Assembly (NCBI GenBank): GCA_026026165.1
Contig: JAPEUD010000030.1
Coordinates: forward strand, 124,001-188,000
Direction: 5' to 3'
DNA from: Sarea resinae
Taxonomy: Eukaryota
DNA: 64,000 nucleotides
A program made the position numbers and the translations under genes. Position 1 is the stretch's first letter. Each line of letters starts with the position of its first letter. This document shows positions 48,301 to 62,403 of the stretch, one piece after another. The notes beneath the pieces were generated by a model that was given only the letters and a program-made list of their open reading frames with translations, made no database searches and was not told the DNA's origin.

Positions 48301-50655
48301 ATCCCTTTCGCTTTGAATGAACAAGACAAGACCATAGAGTTGAACAATAAAGATTTCATGGCCGTTGCTCAGCTTGTTGCCGATCAAGTCGTCTCCTCGA
48401 CCCTTGACCCGTTGGATAGGTTCTCTGGAAGAAGGGAGATGGGGAATATAGCTCCCACCAGAGACTGTTTTCAAGATGCATTTACGCAGGTGATAAATGA
48501 CGAGTTTCCTGAGGCCGAGCAATGCGATTTAGCCAGCTATGCCGCTGTCCAAGACATACCACCGGAGCCTCCTATAATAGGCAGAGCTCCTCTCCGTGCC
48601 ATTGCCAGACGGGCGGTTCCAGGGTCCACGAACACTGACGTATCTACCTCGAACCGAAAATCGAGCATCTTTGAGCTCCCACCTCCGCACGTTCGCGTGA
48701 AGCGAGCTGATATGCCCTTGGAGGTCCTTCCGCCTGCGCTGCCATTTTGGGAGACTCTAGGCTTCGAGCCAGTTAGTGGGCCAAAAGGGGTGTATGCGTA
48801 CTGCGTGTTTCCTTCAACCGAGGGTCTTGTTCACGCCGTGGATGGTTTCTTGGATAGAATCGCCAGTAGCTTTGACGCTTACAAGCTCGGGAGTCACAAA
48901 CGTGGATTGAGATCGAACGGAGATCCGGATGGCTTGGTGCCCTTTGTCGTTCCGGAGGAAGCTTCTTCTGAGACTGTCTTGCAGAGCGTGAGATCAGCTT
49001 GTATTTCGCTGGGTATGTCTCTTCTCTACTTGATCATCTCTTCACTAATAACTAAATAGGTCAAACCCTACCCAACGTCCCTATGGAAAACCGGAACATT
49101 GTCATCTACATCGTCAATCCCTTCCAACATGCGGAGTCCATAGTAGACCTCTGCTCAGCATTTCTCGACCTCTTCCAAGCATACATCCATTCTCCTGAAT
49201 TTCAGCAGTTGAGAAGATTGAACGAAATTGTCTTGCAGGTAGTACCTATAGACTTTATTGCATCCACAACGTCTCTGCCCTTGCCATCGGAGTCTGAATA
49301 TACGAAATTGGCTTTAGAAGTCTATGATCGATGCGCTCCGGCAGAGATAAGCGAAGGGAGCGGCAATAGCAATACCGACGGGCCGCCCCAACAAGGCGCA
49401 TCAATCATCCTCGGCCATGAGCCGCCTAAAACTATCGACCTGAGACTGACGACTGAGCCCTCGTCTTCTGCTTTGCATGACAACGCTTGCATCCACCTCG
49501 CATACGCGCAGAGTGCCGATGGTCGCTGGATCTCGGCCGCGTGGACAGACAGTCTAGGTAGGTATCAGACGCTGGTGTCGTATTGCTTGAAGCGGCGAGG
49601 GTCTGTCGAACGACCACTGAAGGAAGTCATGAAGGAGATCTGGGAGACGACAATGCAGATTGTGCAGACTCGCAGGGCTGGGTGGAGGCTTTTTATCGCC
49701 AAGGTGGGAATCATGGAGAGGGCGGAAATTGAAAGTAGGTTTCGTACGTCCGTCCGTCTTGCTGCATGAGGCTAACCAATGTCTTTGTCGACAAACAGCA
49801 TGGACCGAGCTCGCCGCCACCACAACACCCCAACACAGCCTCAGCTTGACCCTCCTGACCATAGACACCTCGCCTCCTCTCATTCTCTATCCTCGCCCAA
49901 CATCCCTAAGCCCACTCATGACGGCCCAAACACTCAAACCATCCGACCCCACCACCCCCACCGCAAATAGACATAATATCTCCTCGCCCGCCGACGTCAG
50001 CGTCAGCACCCCTGCCGCAACGCCCGTGCCGCAGCCCGCTACGCCTAGCACCACTGCTACGGGCCAAGACGCCAGCGGCGCCGCCGATTCGAATGCCGCC
50101 GAGACGACTCTAGTCGACATCACGGACCTCACGTTCGCGGTCGTGCTGGCGCATAAACCGTCCGCTCTGGGCATTCCTACCGTCTACGCACCGACGCTCG
50201 CTTCGGGCTATTTGCTCCGACATTCGGCTTCTGCCTTTTCCTCGCCCTCTTCCACCTCCACCTATACCACCGCCACCACTACTGCTGCTAACGCCAACGC
50301 TGCCGCCAACCCCATCGACTTATCCCCCTGGACCATCCTAGGCGTCAATATCGTGCTCGCACCCCCGCGAAACGGAACTGGAAGCAGCAGTGTCAGCAGC
50401 GCGACCACAAGCACGCACGACACGCTCCTCCGCGAAGTCCTGCGCATGTACCGCGACCTCGCCGTCCTGGGACGTTTTCGAGCAGCCGGCGGCACTGGCG
50501 GTGGCGGTGGAGGGCTGCATCACCCGTCAAGCTCGTCTCTGGCTGCAACAAGAAGCAGCAGCAGCAGTAGTAGTAGCAACGTCCCCGATGGAATCAGGCC
50601 CTGGCACATTGCCGTTGCTGCGTGCGCTGCCGACACGCTGGGCCGAGTGATGTAG
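45354..50655 (+). CDS. SSN2: Mediator kinase-module subunit Med13 (Ssn2/Srb9), ~1692 aa; exons 45354-45395, 45446-45767, 45830-49012, 49060-49734, 49799-50655
   Basis: YLTNVHKL start, VLLLAPGG, WWPAALSF, VYPTPPD, VTEADFSFFDEP, ALPFWETLGFEPVSGPK, LHLAY-like IHLAYAQSADGRWISAAWTD, LREVLRMYRDLAVL, PWHIA; four canonical introns. Confidence 0.92.
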
Positions 50656-52115
50656 ATTTGGTTCTGGTTTTGGTTTTGTTTTTGTCATGTCATGCCATGT
50701 CATGGGCGATTCTGTCTGGTAGCTAGCTTAGGAGGCGGTCTAGTAGGTAGGCAGCTTCGGAGGTGGTTTATAGGTAGGCATGCCATGTCTGTCTATCTGC
50801 CAGTTTCTGAGTCTCTCTGTCGGTATACTGCGATTTGTTAGCTATAGGCCATAGAGTGTATTCGCCCCCTATATACACACATACGCATATACGTATGATA
50901 TATCTGATAGACGATATAAATATATCTATACAGTCCTAATGAAACCAACCAACTAATCAGCTAATTGCGTCTGGCGTCTTATATCTTGTGTTCTTGCATG
51001 TTGCGTCTTGTCGTATTAGATGTATACCTTTCTTCTTCCTCCCCTATGCCCTCTCCCCTACCCCTATTCCCTCGTCTCTTATCTCTCGTCTCTTCTCTCT
51101 CTCTCTCAGCCCTTCCGATTCTTTTCTCTCCTTTACATGCTCTACTCTTTTTCTAAGAGTTATCTTAGTCCCTTAAATATCGCCCTACCTAACCTACCTA
51201 CCTAAAGTATACTAACGTAATCTACACTACAAACACACATACACACACATGCTCGAGATCCGGCTTTTGTCGTCGTGTTTAATTATTTGCCTTTTCTTTC
51301 TTTCATTTCCCATTTCCTACTTGCTTTCTTCGACTTGCTTGAATTGCTTTTGACCTGCAGGACTTGGCTTGTGTGACGTGCGTGACTTACTTGCTTCAAC
51401 ATGCTAGTTGAAATCTTATACTAGGTATATATGTATACTTATAAACACACACACGCACACACAATATATATACATACACAAACACAAACTTATACACGAA
51501 TATACCTATACATAATTTCCAAGGAGCGCTCCTCTACAGAGCAGACAACAAGGCAAACAGGCACCTTATAACATCATAATCTCATAACCTCATCCCCCCC
51601 CTGTCTGAGCTAGCAGGGCTATATACCAATATATCTAGTAATAGTCTTTTTGGGCTACACGTACGTACTTACCTACCTACCTTATCCACCGGTCCTAACA
51701 TATATACATAGATAGGTAAATCAAATTTTCCAATTATCATCGCCGGCAGCAGAGATTTCATTTCATTTCATTTCATTTTCATTTTGATTTTTGCTCCCCA
51801 GAGATGGATCAAGATATGTAAACATAGATATGAGCAGAGCTTGGAGAGGAGACTCGAGAAAACCAGAAGAGAAAAAAAAGAGCCCCGTGACCGCCCGGGG
51901 CGTAGATATCACAGATATACGCTAACATAGCTAGGTAGACATGCATAGATGGGAATCGGACATCGACCAACCAACCAACCGACTAGACCCAAAAGCCAAG
52001 AATCATCTGGTGGTGGACGTAGAAAACACTAAGCAAAGAATGGATAGATAGATGGATAGATATTTTGTCCCCTCTTCCTTTTTCGCTGCGCCACAACAGC
52101 CTCACTCACGACATC

Positions 52116-54216
52116 TTAATCCCTAAATTCATTCATAAACTCACGATGAAATTTCTCGATCCGGCCGACCCAGTCGGTGCCGGGCGCCAAGAACGTCGTC
52201 CGGAAATGCAGCGTGCCGTCACGCTGGCCGAAGCCGGATCCTGGCACGACGCAGACGCCTGTGGCGTCGAGGAGGTTGAGGGCGTAAAACTCGTCCGGGT
52301 GCTGGTTCTGGCTGTCCGCGCGGTCGATGGCCTTTCGGGGAAGCGTGATACGTGGGAAGAGGTACATTGCGCCCTGGTGGTGGTGTTGTCAGTGTCGGAC
52401 GTTTTTGGCATCTCAAAAGCGTAGGATGGTGTTGCACGCATTCACAGAAAAACGTACCTGAGGAGGCTGGCATTCGACGCCTTCCATCTTCTGAAAGGCC
52501 TCGTAGAGCGCATTCGCGCGTTTCTGTAGACCGTGGAAGATGCCATCGTACTCCTGTCGGTACAGCTCATAACTCGGATCGCCCTCCTTTGGCGGGTCGA
52601 CCATCAAATCCACAAGACACTGTCCCACCACCGGCGGACACAGACTGATGCTCACGAACTTGTAGATCTGATCCACGACCTCGGGATCAAAGCCCGTGAG
52701 CTCGAAATAGCCACCGCGATGCCCGCACTCACCGACCATGCCCTTGGACACACTGTGCAGGGATACCAGCTCAAGGTGGTCGAATTCGCCGGGCGAGGCT
52801 TTTTGGAGCTCACGCAGGCCCTTCTTGAACGAATAGAACTCGCCTTGGAAGACATTGGTTTGATAGACTTCATCGGCGACGACGACAAGTTTCTCGTCGG
52901 CGGCGAGCTGGAGTACGTCTTTGACTTCTTTCTCGGACAGGGTAGCTCCCGTCGGGTTACCGGGATTTATGATGACGATGGCGCGGACGTCGGTGCCCAT
53001 GAGCTTGCCGTTCCGTATGGCGGTTCGAATGTCGGGGATGTCTGTGCCCCAAGCTCTTTCTTCGTTGAGGTAGTACGGGACGCACCGGGCGTGGAGAATC
53101 GAGAGTGTGGCAGTGTAGAGGGGATACTGGGGCATGGGGACGAGGACGCCAGTTTCAGGGGTGGCGCAGATGACAGATAGGAGGGCGTTGACGCCGTACG
53201 AAGCTCCCGCGGTGAGGTATAGAGAGGCAGGGTCGGCGGGGTAGCCATCGCGTTCTGGAATGGCAATAAATATCAGTATACGAGTGGTATCAAAAGAGAG
53301 CCGGGAATTGTATACGCTCGATGAATTTGGCGACGCTTCTTCGAATGCCAATGGCACCCTGACTGTGACTGTATGCGCCCACGCTCTTCACGTCTTTCAG
53401 AAGCCGATGAGCCCGGTCAATGGCATCTTGATGGTAGCCTAAGCTCGTCTTCAGGATCTCTGGGTGGTCCAGCAACGGAGGATGCTCGACCAGGCTGAGC
53501 ACCTGCCGGAAGAAGGTGATGGGTTTCTGATCCAATTGCTGAGGGTTGCCAATGTTGGCGGAGATGACCGTGTCAAACGGCAATTCCCCTTCCTTGGTAT
53601 CGCCCCGAGCAAGCCTCTCCCGGAACTCCTCTGCCCGGACGGCTAGCTCGCCTCGCACCGCATACTGAGCCTGCTTCACGCGCGGGTTGATGTTGTTGAT
53701 GTGCAGACTTCGTCGACGAGGAATGGAAGGCATGATGGATGGATTCAACTTCGACGACGCTTTGGGACTAACAAGTCGGATGCCTGTAATATGATGCTCG
53801 CCCGGTCAGTCGAGGGAGTCCCATGCTTTATGTTGATTTCGCCCGTGGGTATCGTCAAGGGGGAAAGATTTGCAACAAGAATATCCCACGGACAAGGCAG
53901 AGGAACATGCATGCACGTATGCACACCCCAGGTAAGCCTTAGCAGCAGTAGCGGTAGCAGCAGCCTGAGCAGCAGAGTGGGTGAGTTACAAGATGACATG
54001 GAACCGGCAGCAGCAGCCGGCGAAAAGGCGCGAGGCTCGAAACTGCTATTCTACCTCGCAAGTGGATTGCATGGTCGAGCCAGACGTACCTCTCGAATGA
54101 GCTGCGTGGATGGGGCCCGTCTTTCCCCGCAGAAGGTGGCAGGCGATGCGATCAACCCCCCCGGGACAGGGTCTCGTGCCTGCACCCCGCAGGATGAGCG
54201 GAGTGTGGAGTGCCAT
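52116..54216 (-). CDS. ALT1: Alanine aminotransferase (PLP class I/II); core introns 53255-53315 and 52374-52457; putative upstream presequence exon 54216-54090 (intron 53784-54089), alternative start 53733
   Basis: YAVRGEL, ANIGNPQQL, GAYSHSQG, PQYPLYTA, INPGNPTG, ADEVYQ, SVSKGMVGECGHRGGY (PLP lysine), VVPGSGFGQ..HFRTT. Core is certain; the first exon is inferred. Confidence 0.93.
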
Positions 54217-57200
54217 TTACAGAATGAGACGTAGACGGCGGCAGTGCAAGGGCGTGTGTATGGTAGGGCAGCGATGCTCTCTCTCTCGCCCACGCTCCCA
54301 CTAGAGTAAGGAGAATGCTAGAGTAGAGCCAGGCACTTTGGAAAGAGACTACCTATCGAGCAGGCCGGAGATTGCTGGCCAACGACGTGTGGGCGGAGGC
54401 ACGGGGGGGGGGGTGCGAGCGGGATGGACGAAGTAGGTACGGAGTAGAGTAGTCTCGTCAGTCCAGGCCGTCGAACGAGATCCGAGACGTAAGGACGGGG
54501 GGCGCCCAGATGCGACAATCAGACGATCGCGGCCAGAAAAGCAATAAGTCGATGGCCGTAATGGATGTCGGTCACGTACGAGAGAAGAACAATGGAGGTG
54601 ATGGATCTTCGGAGACAGGGAAGCAGCTCGAGCGTAATGATTTTATTAATGCGGCTGCATCACGACGACATGCGTGCAAATGCTCGTAATGCTCGTAATG
54701 CTCACTGTCATCGATGGGCGATCCACTTGTGCTCGAAAAGGGAAGGGCGTGCCCGCGCCAGACGGTGAAGAGGGCGGGGCACCCTCGACGGTACCTTGGC
54801 TCCACCCGCCAAGCAGAAGACAGTACCACCGTCTCGCGTACCCGGTCTCGACCTCTGCTACTAGAACGCACGGCCCAAGAGATGGCAGGTACGCGCGGAA
54901 CAGGTACTGTGGCTCACCTCGGGAGTACTGTGATGGTGGTGGGGAAGTGGTGACTCAACCAAGAGGGTCAGAGGGTCCATCGAGAGCGGGAAAAAGTGAT
55001 GATGCGGATGATGGAATCTGGACAACATAGGACGAAGGGACGCTTGCCGAACCAGGATCTCGAATTCGGATGCCCGTCCATCTACTCTGTACCCGGGCCG
55101 CACGGGTTCACTCGACGCATGAATTGCCGTTTTCACAGCTCTACGGAGCACTGATAGCTGGCGACGAGGAAGGACCGACGGATGGTCTTTTCAGATCCAG
55201 ATCGCCGTACCGACAAAGCTCCACGTTGGTGGCGTCTCTCTCTTTGGCTCTCTATCCCTTTGAGCAGGTGTAGCCAGAATAGTCTACTCTGTACCCTCCC
55301 TATCAAGCTCTTCATATCATATACCCAGCCGAAAGCGGAGACACTTTGATGTTCTGCTTTGGTATCTGGGAGCACTGTCTGGCGTGAGCGAGCTCGCAGA
55401 CGCTGCAAGGTTCTTCTCTTCTCCACGGCGTGGAACTCCGAATTCGAGGTTGCAGGCGAAGCCAGCGCAAAAGAAGTGGGTTCCAATGTCGGAACATCCT
55501 GTCGGAAAAACCAAGCATGAAGACGTGTCCCTTTTGCTTTTTTCCATTCTTCTTTTTCCGGCGTGCAGACTGGAACAGCACCAATCATGGATTGGAATTA
55601 ATAGAATAACCCAGAGTCGATGGTCCTGGGCTCTGTAATAGACGTCGGCACTTGAGGGATATACGGCGTACCCGTCGAGTATACTCGGGTGTTTCTCGGA
55701 CGTCGAAGATACCTAACGAGACCATTAGACCAAACACATGATAGGACTGCCTTACTACGTACTGCCTCAGCTTCAGACAGATCAATATAGCATGACACTC
55801 AGTACCTATGGATTGCCAGTCCATTAGGAGGAAAAGAAAGGAGAATGACATTATCCAAGGTGCTTTCGTTGGCCTTGCAGGACAGATGCGTCCCTACCCG
55901 TTCTTCTTCCAGCCGCAATCCTCTCTCGTAGGCAAGGTAGGGTTCCTCTACGCTAGCATCGTAAACGTCACTGGAGGTGCCTGACAGATCCGATTAAGTG
56001 CGCGAAGCTACCTCGTTCGGTGCAGGGAAAGGAGGCCAGGCTACGGGAGGCCCCGCGGGGGTTCTCAGGCGCATTCCTCCCCAGATTCTCAGACACCTGC
56101 ACCCGTCAACATCCACGGGTTAAAAGATGACCGTGCCCCCTGCGGTCAAAAATGAGGTTGTCGGACTCCTCGACTGAATAGGCCATCTGAAATGATGATG
56201 AGCATCATCGAGCGACATTGGCTTGACAAGTCGCAAATATCTGGAGTGATGCAAGGGGACCGTGCCAATTTCATCAGACCATCTCCTGAAATACAGGGGC
56301 GGTGCTCGATACAGGATTACAACAAGAGAGTACCACGACATACTGCGCATGGCGTCCGCCTTCCGCTCCGCTGCCCGCTGCCCGCCTCATTATTGAGCGA
56401 CGGACAAGTCTCGTGAGAAGGGTAGCATTCGAATGTTGAATTTGCGCCTGAGGTTTCAGCCCTTGGATTTCTCTTCCTGCACGGTCGTTTCATTTGCTGA
56501 GTGGGAGGTCAAGAGCCCCCAAAACGATGTTTCCCCACACTATTACTCGGATCACGTCTGAGCCCGAGTTGTTTTCGCGCCAGCACATGCCACGTCCCGA
56601 CAAATACTCTCACGACATAATTATTCGCTTTCTCGCGGCACAGTCCAGACAGGAATCTTATTGACCGACAGCAAAAGCAGCCATGAGCACGAAACACCCA
56701 GGCCCTTACCTTATAATTTGGGTCATCTCGTGGGTAAGAACATGAGTGCTTTATGTCATGGCTTTCACTCACGTGGGAGAGCTCCGAGCTGGTCTCGAAC
56801 CACGGAGGGAGTCCGCTGCCCAAGTTCGTTTCCTCGATCCTCCACCCTCGAGATCCCAAGATCCCAAGCTCTCAAGCACACTGTGATTTCAGCTTCGTTG
56901 AGGTTGATGTTCTTTGATGCCTACCTCAGGTATGGCCATCGTATAGCCACCATTACTAGGCTTCTATCTCTGAGGCTATAAGCCATGCTGCCCCAACTCA
57001 CAGTGCTGTTAACATTGCAAATAAGATGGCCTATGCTACTACTGTCGTGAAGCTGAGAGTACCTGGGTGTATTCTACTATGCATTGGCTTCCATGATACT
57101 GTCAGACCCGAATCCACCCTGCCTTTGACCTTGTCATAGGCGTGGCATGATTAGTTTCACTAAAGGCGTCATGGACCGTTCTACTTCGCTGATGTTTGTG

Positions 57201-57676
57201 CATCTCTTGATTGATGGAGCTAGAAGTCGTTGGCTCGTTATTTCTATCAACTCTGCGAAATGTGAAAGCTGCGACGATGAAAATGGATTGATGAGTGATC
57301 AGTATCAGGCCAAGGTAGCCGTGTGAATCCATGGCTCAGACTGCCCAGATGTTGCAATCCACGAATAGCCAAATTCCAATGGCTTGGTCTCGTCTCGGTT
57401 CCTGTCCCTCACCTACAGGATGAGGTCTGGACGATGAGACCGTATCCTTGTGCTGCTCAGCATCATAGTCGTTGAGACCTAATGTTGATCGACCTCTTTC
57501 TGCATTGGTTCTTTCTCGCCTTCTCATCTCTCGTCTTCCTTCAATGTGCATCGATTCAACATCTACGCTCTGATCCCTTCTCCATCGTCGTGCACAACCT
57601 CTACATCGTCTTGCTTGAGTTCCAGGATTCTTCTTCATTATTTCTCTCCCAAATCATACTTGTTACCGGCCTGGCC

Positions 57677-60600
57677 ATGGCCGCGAACTTGGCGTATCAG
57701 ACTACTTTGCCACTCGAAAGCCTTGATGAAGACGTCTCAGACAGAGAGGATGAAGCTCACACCCCACAAGCTCAGAATGGCTTCCAAGTCGAGGAGCAAG
57801 ACAGCATCGTCACCCATGTCACTGACACCCAGTTATCAGAGATAGAATTGAGTCCAGAACTTCCCACACCAAAGCCGGAGAAACGGCTTCAATCATCTGC
57901 TCTCAATCGACACCATTTGGTGATACAAAGAAGCGAAGAAGGCCATTTCCAGAGACCCATTTCTGCTGGGATGGAGCCCAGTTTCAGGTTTCCAAAGGCT
58001 GGACCTTATTCAGCTGATCTCGTGGGACGGAAGCCCCTGCTGATCACGCAGAATGTCTCGCAAATCGAGAAGCCAGCTTTAACTAGACCCACCACAGCAA
58101 ATGGATCTGCCCGTCCTGAGGCTTCTAGTGAGTACCATTTTCTGTCTACGCTAGTTGCTTCGCAGATCTGAGATCGTCATTGCAGTTCGGTCAGTCGCAG
58201 AGAGTCGCACCAGATCGCGTCCGGCAGAGCAGGAACAACAAGTGCCAGCTTCAAGTCAAAGGGTTGTCAGCTCTCACATGGTGGATAGCTTGTCAGTAGA
58301 CTCCAATTGGATTATCTGTACTTTCTGACGCCTTTTGGACGTAGGAGCAGCAATAAGAGCTCCAATACTCATGATAATTCGAAAAAGATCCAACGGGAAA
58401 GTTCCTTGAAGAGACAGGCTAGCAATTCACGACAAAGGCAGATTCCCTCCCAAATACCTAGTGTGGCTGTACTCGAAGACCAGCGTAGTGTTTTCGATCC
58501 TCATGATGCTATCAACGGCGCGAACAACAATGACACGCCAGTATGTGAAGCAAGAGCGTTTGTCTCTCACATGGATCCCCCCTCTGTTTCAGTCCGAGGA
58601 CCTCACATTTTCCGTATGGAGAGACATGAATCCTCATCGACTCATTCAGAGGCAGCACAGTCAACATTGCCGAAAGAGGCCCAGCCTCCTCCAATGGGAA
58701 GAAAGTCAAATGCTCATCCTCCTTTCTCCATCTCGTTGGTTGAGGGTCTGAGCCCAGACCCTGGCAAAGGATCTACAGCTAGTCATGAAGATGAAAGCCT
58801 TCCCCGAAGAATGAGCTCAAGTGTGTCTGAAGTTATCGTCATCGAAGATGATGAAGGCAATGAAGGCGATGATAGGGGGGCGAAACACTTGTCCGCCGCT
58901 AAGTTTTCTGCACTAGGTTCCGGAAACTCGCGCCGAGAAGAATGCCCTCAGACTACCTGGCCGGCTGTTGGGAAGGAAGGTCGAGTGCTACCTGTAGGAA
59001 CTCTCAACGGCGTCTCAAAAAACACCAAAAAGCCCCGGACAAGGCACACTACTGGACACACACCAAGGAACGCTTCTTCATTTTCTGTAGAAGATCTCCT
59101 GCGTCAAGTAGCGCAGAAGCACAGCGATGACCACGAGCGTCTTGCAGCGGCTTATAGCGCCCAAAGCGAAGAGCTTGCAAGTCTCCAGCTTACCCACATG
59201 CTCCTCCTTGAGTCGCATGAGGACGTCCAAAAGAAACAACACACCCTTGAAAGGCTTGAAAAAGAGTACGAAGCACTGCGAGCGAAAGAATCTCAAATGC
59301 GAGAAGAGAGAAATGCTCTACAAACAAAGGACATTCAAATGAGCGAAAAATACAAATCGAAATGTGCTGAGTGGAACAAGTTTGTGCAAGGGCTTGCCAA
59401 TGATCAAAAGAAACTCCGCGAAGATATGTGGTACTGGGAATTGAAGGTCCAAGAATTGAGGCAAGAGAAAGAGACTTATGTCAAGGACTCAGAGAAGGTA
59501 CGTCGCATCCTTTGCGGAAATAGTAAATGGTCCGCCTAACATGAACCTTCCAGGAGCGGAAAAGTCTCGAGGAAGCCGTAGGAATTCTGAGGAAAGAATT
59601 AGAAGATAAATCAGGTCTCCTGGCTGAAGAGCGCGACCGCAATGCACAGATGAAGAAGGACATGGAAAACATTGCCTCTATGCGTTGTGAGCTGACGACT
59701 GGAATGGCTGCTTGCGGCAGTCAGATCACGGGAATATTCACCGAGCTGCAAGCCACTTTAGAACACATTCGCAGTGAATCTGTTCAAGGACCAACAGAAA
59801 AGCTGGCCCATTGTGAAGATTTACTTGCGAAGTTGTGCAACGCAGACATAGTAAGGCCTAACGATATCGCCAACCTCAATAGAAAAATACTTGACCTCGT
59901 CCAAGGGTAAGATTTTCGCTCATTTCAATTCTTATGCTTACGGTCATCCAGAGCTTCGAAGCAATTCGAATTATCAACGGATCTTAAAGCTGCGACTTTG
60001 AAATTTGAAGATATCATTGGTGCTAGTATCAAGGCCGAATTTGCGACTTTCGAGGATCGATTGCGGTGTCGAGAAGAGATGCAAGAAGAGATTCTTAGCC
60101 TTGAGAGAGCGAAGGCTGCTTTAGCGGAGCAGGCCACAGCAAGAGAAGCAATTCTGGCCGTGTTGGAAAGCAAAGAATCCCAGCTCGAAAATGGCCTTCG
60201 AATGATGCAAACAGGGTTTGTGGTTTTCCCAAGACTGATAGGCACGCTGCATCCTTGAACATCTCACTGATTGTATCCATATTAGAGTAACCGATGCAAA
60301 TTTTGAGGTTGCCGCACTCCGAGCCAGTCTGAAGGCCCAGCAGGAAGAGATAGCTCGTCTTCAAACTGTAGCGACCGATAATGAGATTCTTCGCGCCCAA
60401 GTGGACAAGTCCAAAGCAGAAGCCTCCAACCTTGAGCAGGAGCTGCAATCGCGATTAGACGACCTCGAATCATTACAGACTGACTTTGAGAAACTTCAGG
60501 TGGGTCAGGACGATGCTAAAGCTTTCTCAGCTAACATCTTCAGGCCCGTAGGGAAGAGGCCGAGGAGAAATTGAAGAAAGCAAACGAACAAGTCCAGAAT

Positions 60601-62403
60601 GCCGGACGAAAGGTGAAGAGATAGTCCAGAGAAGGCTGGTGGAGTTTCGCTGACTTTCAAAGGCGAAGAAAGAGAACGATGAGATGCGTGCAAGGCTTGA
60701 AGACTCTGCAAAGCTTGCTAGAGAGGAACTAGAACTTCAATTTGAGGATAAACTCAAAGTATCAGCTACGTTAAAAAATCGGGTCCAAGAAACCTTATGC
60801 TTGGTGCAACGAAAGTTAGAGAACTCGGAGGCGGCACTCCTGGATAGCGTATGTGACTTGTGTTTCTTAGAGGACGATCTGACATGGTCCAGTGCAAAAA
60901 CATTACCGAACTTGAAGCTGCTAAAGCTGAACTCGAGAGAGAGGTACGTCATACCGAATACTTGAGTGGTCGCTACTGACCTTCCATAGAAGGACGACCG
61001 AGCTAGGGTTCTCGACGCTTTCAAGGACAATATCAGCGAACTTCAAAGTATCTCCGACTCCAATGATGCTGAGTGGCAAGCACAGAAGTTACAAGCTCTA
61101 AAGGATGGTATAGGAGAACGAGAGCGACGGGCAACGGAAGCCGAAAAAGCCCTGGCGGAAACCAACGTCGAGGTTCAAAACTGCGCTGAACAGATCTCAG
61201 TTTACCAAAAGGAGATCGAAAGACTGCAAGGGGACAAGAAGGCGTTGAGCGAAGAGCTTGATGATGTGACGGCACAATTCGAGAAATTAAGCAAGGAGAA
61301 GGAGAAGGCGGACAACGATCTCGCCGCAGTTCAATCACGTCTCGAGCAAAAAAGACTTGGCGAAGACGTCGTGCCTGAAACACAGGACCTTGTAGACTTC
61401 AATTTTTCGAAGTTCGTCGACGATCTACCCCCTTCATCCCCGCTGTCCAGTGTCGATATATCTACTCCCGAGATCTTCAAGGCCGGCGCCGGACTGACTG
61501 ATAATCTGCTCACCGAGCCGAGTTTTCCTCCACGGCAGGATTCTCCTGAATCAGGCTCCTTTCGCTCGACAAAGAATGCTCAGCGAGCCAATTCCGGAGG
61601 TGCTCCACCATCAAATCCCAAGGTGACAGTCAAGACGTCCACACAACTCCATCGATCCCAAACCACGAGCTCCGATTTGCCATCCACAGTCCGAGAGAAG
61701 AGAATCGTCTCCTACGATGGTAGAGCGACGGATAGCGGCCAGCACGCTTCACTCAGATCGAGCAAGCCTCACCAGCATAGCAGTGCTTCCATTCCTACAA
61801 TCTGTACTCCGTACAAGAGAGTCGCACAGGGTAAAGCTTATGATAAATCGCAGCAAAGACCCGATACCCCGAGAACATCTTATGTCAACGAACTTCTGAG
61901 CTCTCACCCTAGGATCCCACGACGGCCTCGACAAGGACAGGCTGAAGGGGTGCCGGAACAGGAAGACAGAGTTGAATCGGTGTCATCTCGTGGCAAAGAC
62001 AGGGCGATTACCGATAGCGACTCGGAAGTTTCAGCCCGAACATACGCTGATACCAGGACTTCTGAACGTCAACTACTCAAGCGCTCAATCGCAGAAGCGT
62101 CGAAAGATTCTTTAGAGCCTCCAAGGAAGCGAGCCAAGAGAGTCCAAGTGCAGTCCCCGCGCTCAGTCGTGGAGAATTCCCAAGACCTCGAAGTGAATCG
62201 GAATGCAAACCCTCAACGAATCCAGCGCCCGATCTTGAGGGGAAATGCCATGCCTGCTGCCCAATCGGCCGCAGCTCCATCTGGCCCGTCGACTCCAGTT
62301 ATTGATCCTCGCTCGAAGAACAGATGTGCCCGGAAGAGTAATCAAGCTCCCCTGTTGTCTTGATTGTCTTGCTGATCCTCTATCTCGTCTAGGGAGAATC
62401 TAA
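57677..62403 (+). CDS. Large hypothetical protein (~1400 aa, 11 exons) with disordered termini and a long central coiled coil
   Basis: Ten consecutive GT-AG introns with branch sites (58128-58185, 58292-58344, 59498-59553, 59907-59951, 60216-60285, 60500-60543, 60613-60662, 60849-60892, 60944-60989, 62338-62392) keep one open frame; E/K/L-rich heptads. An in-frame ATG at 57482 is an alternative start. Confidence 0.8.

Noticed and set aside
56190..56290. ATGATGA...CTGA as a possible C/D snoRNA
   Set aside because: No convincing terminal stem or recognisable guide; would need snoscan/Infernal.
54300..57480. Many short ORFs in the 3-kb ALT/coiled-coil spacer
   Set aside because: No motif, codon bias or consistent splice model found.
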